Assembly (NCBI GenBank): GCA_964619965.1
Contig: CAZUGP010000055.1
Coordinates: 1-63,992, forward strand
From: an uncultured Acidobacteriota bacterium
Lineage (GTDB): Bacteria; Acidobacteriota; Polarisedimenticolia; Polarisedimenticolales; DASRJG01
Reading direction: 5' to 3'
DNA: 63,992 bases
Below the pieces are notes generated by a model, which had not been told where the DNA came from, ran no database searches, and saw only the letters and a list, made by a program, of their open reading frames with translations. Of this stretch, positions 26,201 through 33,613 are shown one piece after another. The position numbers and the translations under genes are program-made. The stretch's first letter is position 1, and every line of letters starts with the position of its first letter.

Positions 26201-28416
26201 GAGCCCGTCCCTTGGAGGTCCCCGAGCCGAATCTCGCGCAAGCCGTTTCGCCCGGTGTCTAAGAGCAGGTCGCTCGCGACGATCCGTAGCAGTCCCGCGG
26301 GGCCTTCGGGCGTGACCGTCATCGACCCCTGCGTCCGGATCGTCCCCGTCGCGGTGAGGCCGGCCTCGGCCAGTGTGCGGTTTGATCCAAGGTCGAGGAG
26401 AGCCGATACGAGCTCGACCTCCGCTTCGCTTTTCACGAGGTCGTAGATCACCCGTCCGCGCGCTTCGAGCCCGTGACCCCGCGCGACGATCCCGTCGAGA
26501 ATGACCCGATCGCCCTCGACGCGGACCGCCCCTTCGATCGTGTCGACGATCTCGTAACCGACGATCACCTTCTGTGCGGTGACGCGGCCCTGCGCGGCCA
26601 ACAGGCCTCCCTCGCGGGAGCCATGGAGGTCGAGGTCGACGCGTCCGTCGATCGGTGCGGCGACGCCGGCCTTGGCGAGGAGCCTCCCCACCACCACACC
26701 CCGCGCGGCAACGTCGAGCTCGTCGATCGCGCCGTTGCGCGCGTCGAAGCGAGCGCTTCCCACAACCGACGATCCTTCCGACTCGAGCTCGACGTGGCGC
26801 AGCGCGACCATCGTCTCAGAAACCGCGAGGTCGCAGCGCGCCGAGGTGAACGGCTCACCGGCGTAGGACCCGTCGACCAGATCGAGCGCTAAATCGAGCG
26901 TCGTGGACCGCCCCGAGGTTCGCACCGCCGCGCGCAAGCTCCCGGCCCCTTCCAGAGGCTCGACCGCGAACCGGTTGCGTGCGACGCCTAACGCATCCAG
27001 GAACGTAAGCGCGGCGAGCTGCGTCGTCCGGGCGGAACGCGTCGTCCCCTCGATTGCGAGCGTCATGGCCGGCGGCGTCGACTTGAGCTCGGCCGCAAGC
27101 GCCAAGCGCAACGACGCCTCCGCCAGCTGCAGTTTCTCCGTCTCGACGCGCACCCGGCCGGACTCGAAGATCAGGCGGCCGCGTCCACGCGCCTGAACGG
27201 CTTGGGCTATGCCTGCCGCGCGGGGCACGGCGTCGAACGTCCCGCCGCCGGTCCACGTCGCAGGCCGGCCCGGGTCTCCCGCAATCGCAAAGGTCACGTC
27301 GGCCGAGCTCGCTATCGGGAGCGCTTTTCCGGCCAATGCGATGAGGCGGGAGAGATCGGCGCCTTTCCCCGCGAGGTCGGTGACGAGCCCCAACGGCTGG
27401 CCGAACGTGAGGCCGACCGTGCCGGTGAATGCGCCGGCGTAGGCGTGCGCGTCAAGGCCGCCGACATCGAGGCGTCCCGGGCGGATCGTGAGCTCGCCGC
27501 GTGCCGTGTCCGTGGCGATCGGGCCGATGGACAGGCCCGTCGTTTTCGCCTGCATGGTGACGCGGATCGGCACGCCCCCCGTGTAGACGATCTGGAGGGG
27601 GCCTTCGACCTGCCCGGACAGCGGGAGATTGCCCGCCAAATACGGCGAGAGCGCCGCGAGGTCTGCGTCCAGCCGGCCTTGCGCGGTGAACGAGGCGCCC
27701 ACGCCCCAGGAGACGTTGCCTGCCAGCTCCCCACGAGCGCCGGGCCCCTCGCCGGTGGCGGCGAAGATCTCGAGCCGCCCTCCTCCGAGGCGCAAGCCTC
27801 CACGAACGTCGGCCGGCCACGGCTGGCCGAAAAGCGGCGCCTCGACCGTGGCGCTGGCACGCACCTCCCCGACCAGAAGCCGGCGCGACGTCGACCAGTC
27901 GCCGTGAAAGTCCATCGAGCGCGTCGCCACGCGCAGACGCTTTTGTCCATCGAGGTACTCGGCGGTCGCATCCTCGACGACGAGGCGGTCGATCTGGATC
28001 GCGACCGCCCCCCCGCCCTGCCTCTCCTTCGGTCTCCAAGCGTCGATCCATTCGCGGCTGCACGAAAAGGTCGCGCCTCGCGCCAGCACTTCGGTGATGT
28101 GAATGTCCCCGCCCGCGATGCCCCCCAGTCCGGACCAGGCGAGCTTGACGCGTCCTTCCGCCATGGTGGCGGTCAGCGGTGCCGCCCCTTCGGCGGGAAT
28201 CGAGATCGCGACATCCCCGATCGTGGCGGCGAGGGATGTCCAGTCGACATCCATGCGCCCGATCCGCACCGACCCGCCGAGCGACGTCGCCAGCCCCGTC
28301 TCGAGGCGTCTTTGGAGCCAGGAGGTGGAGCGCTCGTCCGCCTGCGTCTGCGCGCGTGCTCCTCCCGAAGCCAGCGCGAAGGCGAACGCCGCAACCAGCA
28401 CTAGTCTGCGGCTCAC
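22279..28416 (-). CDS. Fusion protein of about 2045 aa: TamB/AsmA-like translocation module, POTRA repeats and an Omp85 (BamA/TamA-type) outer-membrane beta-barrel
   Basis: A single open frame in the ORF track spans 22279-29016. I place the start at the GTG at 28416 (VSRRLVLVAAFAFALASGGARAQ, a signal or anchor sequence), which overlaps the rlmI TGA. The N-terminal 1290 aa or so consists of repetitive beta-rich TamB-like sequence ending in a DUF490-type tail (...VGKQVSDTVKIAFSQDIG..QTYQIAWDTTRRIRLVAESDTESGVGGELQYSRQF). The C-terminal 750 aa or so has POTRA-like units and a barrel (GFGVGYDSEDG...RFFAGGSNTLRGF...LDAGNV...GLGLRLETPIGPIRVEYGW...FAIGTVF) with a terminal Phe. Confidence 0.8.
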   Translation of the reverse strand: MSRRLVLVAAFAFALASGGARAQTQADERSTSWLQRRLETGLATSLGGSVRIGRMDVDWTSLAATIGDVAISIPAEGAAPLTATMAEGRVKLAWSGLGGIAGGDIHITEVLARGATFSCSREWIDAWRPKERQGGGAVAIQIDRLVVEDATAEYLDGQKRLRVATRSMDFHGDWSTSRRLLVGEVRASATVEAPLFGQPWPADVRGGLRLGGGRLEIFAATGEGPGARGELAGNVSWGVGASFTAQGRLDADLAALSPYLAGNLPLSGQVEGPLQIVYTGGVPIRVTMQAKTTGLSIGPIATDTARGELTIRPGRLDVGGLDAHAYAGAFTGTVGLTFGQPLGLVTDLAGKGADLSRLIALAGKALPIASSADVTFAIAGDPGRPATWTGGGTFDAVPRAAGIAQAVQARGRGRLIFESGRVRVETEKLQLAEASLRLALAAELKSTPPAMTLAIEGTTRSARTTQLAALTFLDALGVARNRFAVEPLEGAGSLRAAVRTSGRSTTLDLALDLVDGSYAGEPFTSARCDLAVSETMVALRHVELESEGSSVVGSARFDARNGAIDELDVAARGVVVGRLLAKAGVAAPIDGRVDLDLHGSREGGLLAAQGRVTAQKVIVGYEIVDTIEGAVRVEGDRVILDGIVARGHGLEARGRVIYDLVKSEAEVELVSALLDLGSNRTLAEAGLTATGTIRTQGSMTVTPEGPAGLLRIVASDLLLDTGRNGLREIRLGDLQGTGSISPRGLELAVRSMPEAAWTFDAFLGFARVLPLSAVLYFEDLVVGAGGVFGESFDLRVVGQVQAEGDLTQPRAMEINGAFDQVAVRLGPHVLKAAEPFPLRLESGRFVLGPARFEGDAAHVELAGSGSIDGGEVAGYLRGSLDLAVVSSLWSEMRGGGPVEVDATLGGRLEQPDLQGRVAVRDGRVRLIGYPQSLESIDAEAIFQGQTLTLSSFHAFQGGGEITATGRVEFKGITPASLHAEFGGANVVVKFPEGFKGTYEGRIALDGTPKRATISGRLELVRGLYSKDFDVGLFGGAHREFDAAAESPFPRNVFLDVDIVAPGNVWLRNDVAKVEAEGQIHLGGELVRPEVTGHFALIPGGTVRYRDVDYRIEYGTLDLTDPARINPYVDFRGRTRVAEYEISLHVEGTLDKFDYEITSTPPLASQDIISLLVTGKTLDSLSGSASAAALPGDMAAYYFAGLLSSTFGKQIQNSLGIDQLEITPLLLKGESDPTARVTVGKQVSDTVKIAFSQDIGTAQKQTYQIAWDTTRRIRLVAESDTESGVGGELQYSRQFGGSAVTGRESGLPRTSGGVTGTVASVQVLADDGIARADLVKSTKIRAGDPFDRGRMLQGGDRVRAALVIKGFTQASVRAEAVLDEGPPREHRIVYRVVQGPRVTIDLVMAGGKGKRAMRKALKAFARETPYTPDFWDEATRALLDQLQEDGFYAADVTWHPEDRPSGRTIHILVDRGKPVRLRALRFTGVQSIPLARVEKQMTSLKSQSLRKPLLRPSVLAADLASVRALYRDEGFARVLIGQPQVALGTTGETAEVDVAIREGTRFTVGDVTYSDGGAAPEAELRASTPLAPGQTFSPRRLAESEQLLKDRLDALGYPEVNVESRVELLSETADIAFDIAPGERKTVGTIAIEGNRVTKQRTIAKALTFGRGDLVAKRSLLTSQQQLYRTGLFSSVRLSYVPLGGDDVAAQTVTVKVDEAPPLSLGFGVGYDSEDGPRASFLFGYSNLGGRGVAIAVQARVTGKEDREVLTLRRRSVFGNTIDALGSILFEKTAQDWFTESRRALSIRLEQRPKPRWIRFLRYTIQDVRISAISDFQAALEEKFDDKVSALQLADVGLGLVRDTRDDAFVSTRGGYGSIEGSVFSKPIGSEASFVKLFLRGSWTVTLKRGSRFATFLRVGAQQPFSDTQIVPLSERFFAGGSNTLRGFATDSVGGLDVFGFKGGGEALLLLNEEWHFPIWRSLRGELFLDAGNVYPTVGDFDPTNLRSSAGLGLRLETPIGPIRVEYGWKLDRMPDESAGELIFAIGTVF
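23271..24465 (-). other. About five POTRA-like repeats of the fusion ORF
   Basis: The repeats are about 75-85 aa each and each ends in a beta-strand of the type G.R..I/V: (1) VQVLADDG..VVQGPRVTI; (2) ..ILVDRGKPVRL; (3) RALRFTGVQS..IREGTRFTV; (4) GDVTYSDG..IAPGERKTV; (5) GTIAIEGNRVTK..VKVDEAPP. The count is by eye only. Confidence 0.5.
24535..28416 (-). other. TamB/AsmA-like portion of the fusion ORF (includes the DUF490-like C-terminal region)
   Basis: I placed the domain boundary by locating the codons for ELQYSRQF at 24535-24558. It is followed by the linker GGSAVTGRESGLPRTSGGVTGT. Confidence 0.65.
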
Positions 28417-29603
28417 GGAGACCCTGACGCGTCCCGCAGCACGAAGCACTTGAGGTAGCGGCCCTCGGGAAAGGCGAGCCGGACGGGATGGTCTTGCGCT
28501 TGCCCGCGGCGTTGTTCGACGACCACGTCGCGGCCCGCGTCCGCGGCGGCTTCGCGCAGGAGACCCTCGAACGAGGGCTCGTCCAGGTTGTACGAGCAGG
28601 AGGAGGTGAAAAGGACGCCGCCTTTGGCCAAAAGCCGGAGCGCGCGCAGGTTGATCTCCTTGTATCCGCGGCGAGCGGCCGCCACGTCGCCGCGGCTCTT
28701 CGCGAACGCCGGGGGGTCCAGCACGACGAGATCGAAGCGTTCCCCGCGACGGTCCCGCTCGCGCAAATCCAGGAACGCGTTCGCCTCGACGAACGTCAGG
28801 TTGGTCGCGCCGTTCCGCTCCGCGTTCGCGCGCCCGCGGGACAGAGCCTCCGTCGATGCGTCGACGACGACGACTTCCGTCGCGTGGTGCGCCGCGTGCA
28901 AAGCGAATGAAGCGTGATACGAGAAGGCGTCCAGGACCCGCCCGCGGCCGTAAGCGCCGCAGGCTACGCGGTTTTCGCGTTGATCGAGAAACGCCCCCGT
29001 CTTTTGGCCGCGCCACGGATCGGCGGCGTAGCGAACGCCTCCCTCGTCGACGACGACTTCGTCGGGCGTCGTCCCCGCGATCTGTCGCACCTCACGCGTC
29101 AGCCCTTCGAGTGTCCTCACGGACGGGTCGTTCCTGGCGAGAACCGAATCCACGACAACGCGTTCGCGGACCCTGGCCACGACCTGGTCCACGATACGCT
29201 CGGTACCCGCCGTCAGGACCTGAATCACGAGATGGGTTCCGTAAATGTCGGCGACGAGCCCGGGCACGCCGTCCGCCTCGCCAAAGATGAGACGCCTCGC
29301 CGTCCATCGGGCGATCTCGACACCGCGGCGCTCCACGGCGTCGTCGACTCGCGCCGCCCAAAACGCGGCATCAGGGACCACGTCCTCGCGCGATACTATC
29401 CGCAGCGCGATTTTCGAGCGGGCCGACCAGAACGCGATGCCCAGAACCGCTCCCGCGCCGTCTCGGACCCGAACGAGGTCTCCGTGCGCGGCGGCACCGG
29501 ACGCCGTGACGTCGTCCGCGAAGATCCAGGGATGGCGAGCGTCGATTCGCCGCTTGGCCCGCAGTCGTACGGTGACATCGGGGAGCCGCCCGGGGGGGGA
29601 CAT
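28413..29603 (-). CDS. rlmI: Class I SAM-dependent rRNA methyltransferase, RlmI/RlmK-like (PUA-like N-terminal domain plus methyltransferase)
   Basis: KRRIDARHPWIFADDV.. is PUA/EVE-like. ..QKTGAFLDQRENR..VLDAFSY...DLVVLDPPAFAKS...YKEINLRALRLLAKGGVLFTSSCS is the RlmI family pattern. Confidence 0.75.
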   Translation of the reverse strand: MSPPGRLPDVTVRLRAKRRIDARHPWIFADDVTASGAAAHGDLVRVRDGAGAVLGIAFWSARSKIALRIVSREDVVPDAAFWAARVDDAVERRGVEIARWTARRLIFGEADGVPGLVADIYGTHLVIQVLTAGTERIVDQVVARVRERVVVDSVLARNDPSVRTLEGLTREVRQIAGTTPDEVVVDEGGVRYAADPWRGQKTGAFLDQRENRVACGAYGRGRVLDAFSYHASFALHAAHHATEVVVVDASTEALSRGRANAERNGATNLTFVEANAFLDLRERDRRGERFDLVVLDPPAFAKSRGDVAAARRGYKEINLRALRLLAKGGVLFTSSCSYNLDEPSFEGLLREAAADAGRDVVVEQRRGQAQDHPVRLAFPEGRYLKCFVLRDASGSP

Positions 29604-29609
29604 CTCAGC

Positions 29610-29640
29610 GAGTAGGAGGCGTCTTCAAGACGCCCTACTC
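29610..29640 (-). promoter_or_regulatory. Interrupted 12-bp hairpin spanning the dksA-like stop codon, just upstream of the rlmI start
   Basis: GAGTAG-ga-GGCGTC-ttcaa-GACGCC-CTACTC. The TAG stop at 29635-29637 lies inside the 3' arm. The rlmI ATG is at 29603. There is no U-tract. Confidence 0.4.
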
Positions 29641-30447
29641 TTCCGAGTCGTCGCCGTCCACGACGAGCGGGTCGTCGTCGAGAACCTCGTCCTCCACCTC
29701 CACCTCGGACTCCTCGTCGGGGGGCGGCAGGTCCTCGGGCTCGTCCGCAGGCTCCTCGTCGTCGCCGACGGCGAAGGGAAACTGCGGCAGCAGCCCTTTT
29801 TCCTCGAGCTCCTGGCAGCGGACGCAATGCCTGGCCCAAGGTTGGACCTCGAGCCGCTTGAGGTTGATGTCCTCGCCGCACTGCTGGCAGTAACCGTATT
29901 CGCCGCGGTCGATCCGGTTCAGCGCTTCCTCGACGAGCAGGAGGTGTTTCCGTTCCATCTCGGTCAACGAAAGCAGGAACTCGCGTGCGTAGGAGTTCAC
30001 CGCATAGTCGACATAGTCTTCGGTTCCGTTGTCGAGCTCGGCCTGGGAGTCCCCCTTGCTGATCGCATAGGCGCGCATCAAGTCCTGGCGCTTCTTCAGC
30101 AGCAGCTCGCGAAAGTGTGCCCGCTCCTTGCGTCTCGCCGCGATGGAGGCCGGTTTCGGAACGCGCCTGGCCTGTGGCTTGGGCTTGGGGGCGACCGGCG
30201 GCGCCTTCAGTACGGCCTTCAAGACGCGCGCGGCCTTGAACGTGGTGGCGGGAGCCTTGCCGGGTCCCTTGGCACCCGCCTTCGCGGTCGGCCGGACGGC
30301 GGTGAGCTTCTTCGCGATCGGCTTCGCGGCAGCCGCCTTCTTCTTCACGCCGGCAACCTTGGCGGGGACCGCCTTCGCGGGCTTTTTAGCCGCGCGCTTC
30401 ATCGTCTTGACGGCGGGAGCTTTGGCCTTCGAGGACTTCGCTTTCAT
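29635..30447 (-). CDS. dksA: DksA/TraR-family C4 zinc-finger regulator with an Ala/Lys/Pro-rich basic N-terminal extension and an acidic C-terminal tail
   Basis: The core reads ..NGTEDYVDYAVNSY.. (a DxxDxA coiled-coil tip motif) and CQQCGEDI..(17 aa)..CVRCQ (a C4 finger). The N-terminal 105 aa or so reads MKAKSSKAKAPAVKTMKRAAKKPAKAVPAKVAGVKKKAAAAKPIAKK.... The C-terminal 45 aa or so reads DDEEPADEPEDLPPPDEESEVEVEDEVLDDD.... Confidence 0.75.
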   Translation of the reverse strand: MKAKSSKAKAPAVKTMKRAAKKPAKAVPAKVAGVKKKAAAAKPIAKKLTAVRPTAKAGAKGPGKAPATTFKAARVLKAVLKAPPVAPKPKPQARRVPKPASIAARRKERAHFRELLLKKRQDLMRAYAISKGDSQAELDNGTEDYVDYAVNSYAREFLLSLTEMERKHLLLVEEALNRIDRGEYGYCQQCGEDINLKRLEVQPWARHCVRCQELEEKGLLPQFPFAVGDDEEPADEPEDLPPPDEESEVEVEDEVLDDDPLVVDGDDSEE

Positions 30448-30496
30448 CGGGAACCCTCGAACACGCGGGCGCAATCCGCGCTCGCGAAAGCGCGGC

Positions 30497-30525
30497 ACTA
30501 TACCGTCCTGCCCAACGAGCGTCAA
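30497..30525 (-). promoter_or_regulatory. Near-consensus sigma-70 promoter upstream of the dksA-like gene
   Basis: The minus strand reads TTGACG, a 17-nt spacer, then TATAGT. It lies about 50 nt upstream of the ATG at 30447. A short GC hairpin (CCGCGC-tttcgcga-GCGCGG) falls in the predicted leader. Confidence 0.55.
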
Positions 30526-30575
30526 GGAAAGTCAGGTGCGATGATCTCCACCTCTTCTTCGTCCACGGAGGCCGC

Positions 30576-31619
30576 TTGATGAAGGTGCTCGTGACCGGAA
30601 CCGATGGCTATCTCGGGTCCCTGCTCGCTCCCATTCTCATGCGACGGGGCTTCGAGGTCACGGGGGTCGATACCGGCTACTACAGGTCGGGCTGGCTCTA
30701 CAACCCGACCGGAGTGTCCGCCAAGACGCTGAACAAGGACCTTCGTCGGATCGCGCAGGAGGATTTGGCGGGCGTCGACGCGGTGGTCCATATGGCGGAG
30801 CTCTCGAACGACCCGGCGGGTGACCTCGCCCCGCACATCACCTACGAGATCAACCACAAGGGATCGGTGCGTCTCGCCGATCTCGCTCGAAAGGCGGGGG
30901 TCCATCGGTTCGTCTACATGTCGTCGTGCAGCGTTTACGGCGTTGGAACGGACGAGCACGTCGACGAAGCGTCGCCGACGAGCCCCCAGACGGCGTATGC
31001 GATTTGCAAGACCTTCGTCGAGCGCGACGTCGCAACGCTCGCGAACGACGCGTTCTCCCCCACCTTCTTTCGAAACGCCACGGCATTCGGCGCCTCCCCG
31101 CGGATGCGCTTCGACATCGTCCTGAACAACCTTGCGGGTTGCGCCTTCACGACGGGCACGATCGCAATGACGAGCGACGGGACGCCATGGCGACCTCTCG
31201 TGCACGGCCTGGACATCTGCCAAGCGATCGTCGCCGCGCTGGAATCGCCCAGGGAGCGTGTCCACAACGAGATCTTCAACGTCGGTGACACCGCCCAGAA
31301 CTACCGTGTGCGGGAGATCGCCGAGATCGTCGCCGAGGTGTTTCCCAACTGCGCGGTCTCGTTCGGCGCGACGGGCTCCGACAACCGCAGCTACAGGGTC
31401 TCGTTCGAGAAGATCCGGAAAGCGCTCCCCAGCTTCCGCTGCGCCTGGGACGCCCGGCGCGGAGCGCGGCAGTTGTTCGAATTGTTCAAGAGAATCAACT
31501 TCACCGCCGAGATGTTTCAGTACCGCGGCTTCACCCGGCTGAAGCAGCTCGAATACCTGCTCAAAACCGGCCAGATCGATCCGGATTTCTTCTGGACGCC
31601 GCTCGACTCCTTGGAGTGA
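30576..31619 (+). CDS. NAD-dependent epimerase/dehydratase (extended SDR) family protein
   Basis: MKVLVTGTDGYLGS is a Rossmann GxxGxxG motif, and YAICK is YxxxK. It is the first gene of the sugar-nucleotide cassette. Confidence 0.8.
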   Translation: MMKVLVTGTDGYLGSLLAPILMRRGFEVTGVDTGYYRSGWLYNPTGVSAKTLNKDLRRIAQEDLAGVDAVVHMAELSNDPAGDLAPHITYEINHKGSVRLADLARKAGVHRFVYMSSCSVYGVGTDEHVDEASPTSPQTAYAICKTFVERDVATLANDAFSPTFFRNATAFGASPRMRFDIVLNNLAGCAFTTGTIAMTSDGTPWRPLVHGLDICQAIVAALESPRERVHNEIFNVGDTAQNYRVREIAEIVAEVFPNCAVSFGATGSDNRSYRVSFEKIRKALPSFRCAWDARRGARQLFELFKRINFTAEMFQYRGFTRLKQLEYLLKTGQIDPDFFWTPLDSLE

Positions 31620-31706
31620 CGCCCCAAGGCGACCCGCGCTTGCCTCTAAGGGCGGAGGAGGACTACGTTTCAACCGGTTAGGACGCGTGGGGGGTAGAAA
31701 GCATCC

Positions 31707-32285
31707 ATGATTTTCACCGAGACGAAGCTCAAGGGCGCGTACATCATCGACTTGGAACGCAAGGAGGACTCGCGAGGGTTCTTCGCGCGTTCCTTCTGCC
31801 AGAAAGAGTTCGAGGCGCACGGGCTCAGGCCGGTCATCGCTCAGGCCAACCTCGCCTTCAACCACCAGAAGGGGACGCTGCGCGGCATGCACTTCCAATT
31901 CCCTCCGGCGGCCGAGACGAAGCTCGTGCGCGCCACGCGAGGGGCGATTCTCGACGTCATCGTCGACCTCCGCCCGGAGAGCGCGACCTATCTGGAGCAC
32001 GTCGCGGTCACCCTCGACGAGGACAATCACCGCGCGCTCTACGTTCCCGAGCGTTTCGCGCACGGGTATCAGGTTCTAGCCGACGAGACGGAAACGAGCT
32101 ATCAGGTCGGGACGTTCTACGCCCCGGACTGCGAGAGCGGATTGCGGCACGACGATCCGGGGCTTCGGCTCGTTTGGCCGCTACCCGTGTCCGTCATTTC
32201 GGACAAGGATCAGGTGTTCAAGCTCTTGGACCAAGTCGAGCCGGTGCTCAAACGCCGCATGAGCGTCGTAAGAGGATCCCGATGA
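31707..32285 (+). CDS. NDP-4-dehydro-6-deoxyhexose 3,5-epimerase (RmlC-like cupin)
   Basis: MIFTETKLKGAYIIDLERKEDSRGFFARSF...TLRGMHFQ...KLVRATRGAILDVIVDLR...ALYVPERFAHGY is the RmlC signature. Confidence 0.85.
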   Translation: MIFTETKLKGAYIIDLERKEDSRGFFARSFCQKEFEAHGLRPVIAQANLAFNHQKGTLRGMHFQFPPAAETKLVRATRGAILDVIVDLRPESATYLEHVAVTLDEDNHRALYVPERFAHGYQVLADETETSYQVGTFYAPDCESGLRHDDPGLRLVWPLPVSVISDKDQVFKLLDQVEPVLKRRMSVVRGSR

Positions 32286-33613
32286 TCATCGTCGACACCG
32301 CCCTTAGGGCACGCGAAGAGCAAGGGAAGCCGATCCGCGTCGGCATGTTGGGCGCCGGATTCATGGGACAGGGCCTCGCGAATCAGATCGTCAACAGCGT
32401 GCCGGGTATGCGCTTGGGCGCGGTGTACAGTCGGAGCATCGAGAAGGGTCGCCGCGTCTTCGAGTACGCCGGCCGCGAAGGCGTCGTGGTCGCGACGACG
32501 CAGGCGCAGATGGAAGACGCGCTCCGCGCGGGAAAACCGGTGGTCACCGAAGACGCCTTCCTGCTCGCACGCTCTGAGACCTTGGACGTCTTGGTGGATG
32601 TGACCGGGAGCGTCGAGTTCGGCGCGACCGTCTTCATGGAGGCGTTTCAATATCGCAAGGACGTCGTCCTGATGAACGCCGAGCTCGACGCGACGATTGG
32701 ACCGATCCTGCAGGTCTACGCGAAAAAGCACGGCGTGATCATGTCGGCCTGCGACGGGGATGAGCCCGGCGTCCAGATGAACCTCTGCCGGTGGGTCAAA
32801 GGCTTGGGCCTTATTCCGCGGGTGATGGGAAACATCAAGGGTCTCCAGGATCCGTACCGCAACCCGACGACCCAGAGGGGCTTCGCGGAGAAGTGGGGGC
32901 AGAACCCCGCCATGGTCACGAGCTTCGCCGACGGCTCGAAGATCAGCTTCGAACAGGCCATCGTGGCGAACGCCACGGGGTTCACGGTCGCCTCCAGGGG
33001 GATGACGCGCGGGTTGGAGTATCGCGGCGACGTCATGAGGATCGGGGACCTGTACGACATCGACGAATTGCGCCGGCTCGGCGGAATCGTGGACTACGTC
33101 GTCGGCACGCCGCTCACCAAGGTCTACTGCCTTGCCGAGCACGAAGACCCCAAGCAACGGCACTACCTCAACCTGTACAAGATGGGCGACGGGCCGCTCT
33201 ACCCCTTCTTTGTCCCGTACCACCTCGTCCATTTCGAGGCCCCCGCCGCGATCGCGCGCGTGGCCCTCTACAAGGACCCGGTCGCCCCGCCGTTGGGAGG
33301 CCCGGTCGTCGAGGTGTGCGCCGTGGCCAAGCAGGACCTCAAGGCCGGCAGTCTCTTGGACGACTACGGCATGTACATGACTTACGGCGAAGCGGTCAAC
33401 GCCGACGAGATGAGCACGAAACGCTATCTGCCCGAGGGCCTCGTCTTGGGCTGCAAGCTCAAGCGCGACATCGCGAAAGACGCGGTGCTCTCCTACGACG
33501 ACGTGGAGCTCCCCGGCAACCGCCTGGCCGACCGGCTGCGTGCCGAGCAGTACCGGCACTTCCGGAGCGAAACCTGGCTCGAGGATCTCACCCCCGTCGG
33601 AGGTCGCGCGTGA
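32282..33613 (+). CDS. NAD(P)-binding oxidoreductase with a C-terminal SAF domain (COG4091-like)
   Basis: The start overlaps the previous stop (ATGA). IRVGMLGAGFMGQGL is a Rossmann motif. The C-terminal LPEGLVLGCKLKRDIAKDAVLSYDDVEL is SAF-like. Confidence 0.65.
   Translation: MIIVDTALRAREEQGKPIRVGMLGAGFMGQGLANQIVNSVPGMRLGAVYSRSIEKGRRVFEYAGREGVVVATTQAQMEDALRAGKPVVTEDAFLLARSETLDVLVDVTGSVEFGATVFMEAFQYRKDVVLMNAELDATIGPILQVYAKKHGVIMSACDGDEPGVQMNLCRWVKGLGLIPRVMGNIKGLQDPYRNPTTQRGFAEKWGQNPAMVTSFADGSKISFEQAIVANATGFTVASRGMTRGLEYRGDVMRIGDLYDIDELRRLGGIVDYVVGTPLTKVYCLAEHEDPKQRHYLNLYKMGDGPLYPFFVPYHLVHFEAPAAIARVALYKDPVAPPLGGPVVEVCAVAKQDLKAGSLLDDYGMYMTYGEAVNADEMSTKRYLPEGLVLGCKLKRDIAKDAVLSYDDVELPGNRLADRLRAEQYRHFRSETWLEDLTPVGGRA

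Noticed and set aside
22096-28404. Long plus-strand ORFs (22096-23793 of 565 aa, 23962-25620 of 552 aa, 27202-28404 of 400 aa) and many nested minus-strand ORFs inside the giant gene
   Set aside because: They lie antisense or out of frame to a gene with clear TamB, POTRA and Omp85 motifs. Their translations are Arg/Gly/Pro/Asp-rich low-complexity strings, typical of non-coding frames in GC-rich DNA.
28417-29016. The 5' extension of the giant ORF (the track gives 2245 aa starting at 29016)
   Set aside because: The extra 200 codons overlap the rlmI coding region out of frame and translate to an Arg/Pro/Gly-rich sequence. The hydrophobic signal or anchor sequence begins right at the GTG at 28416, which overlaps the rlmI stop.
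30522-33559. Minus-strand ORFs 30522-32063 (513 aa) and 32210-33559 (449 aa) opposite the sugar cassette
   Set aside because: They are antisense to four genes with strong family motifs and contain no recognisable domains.
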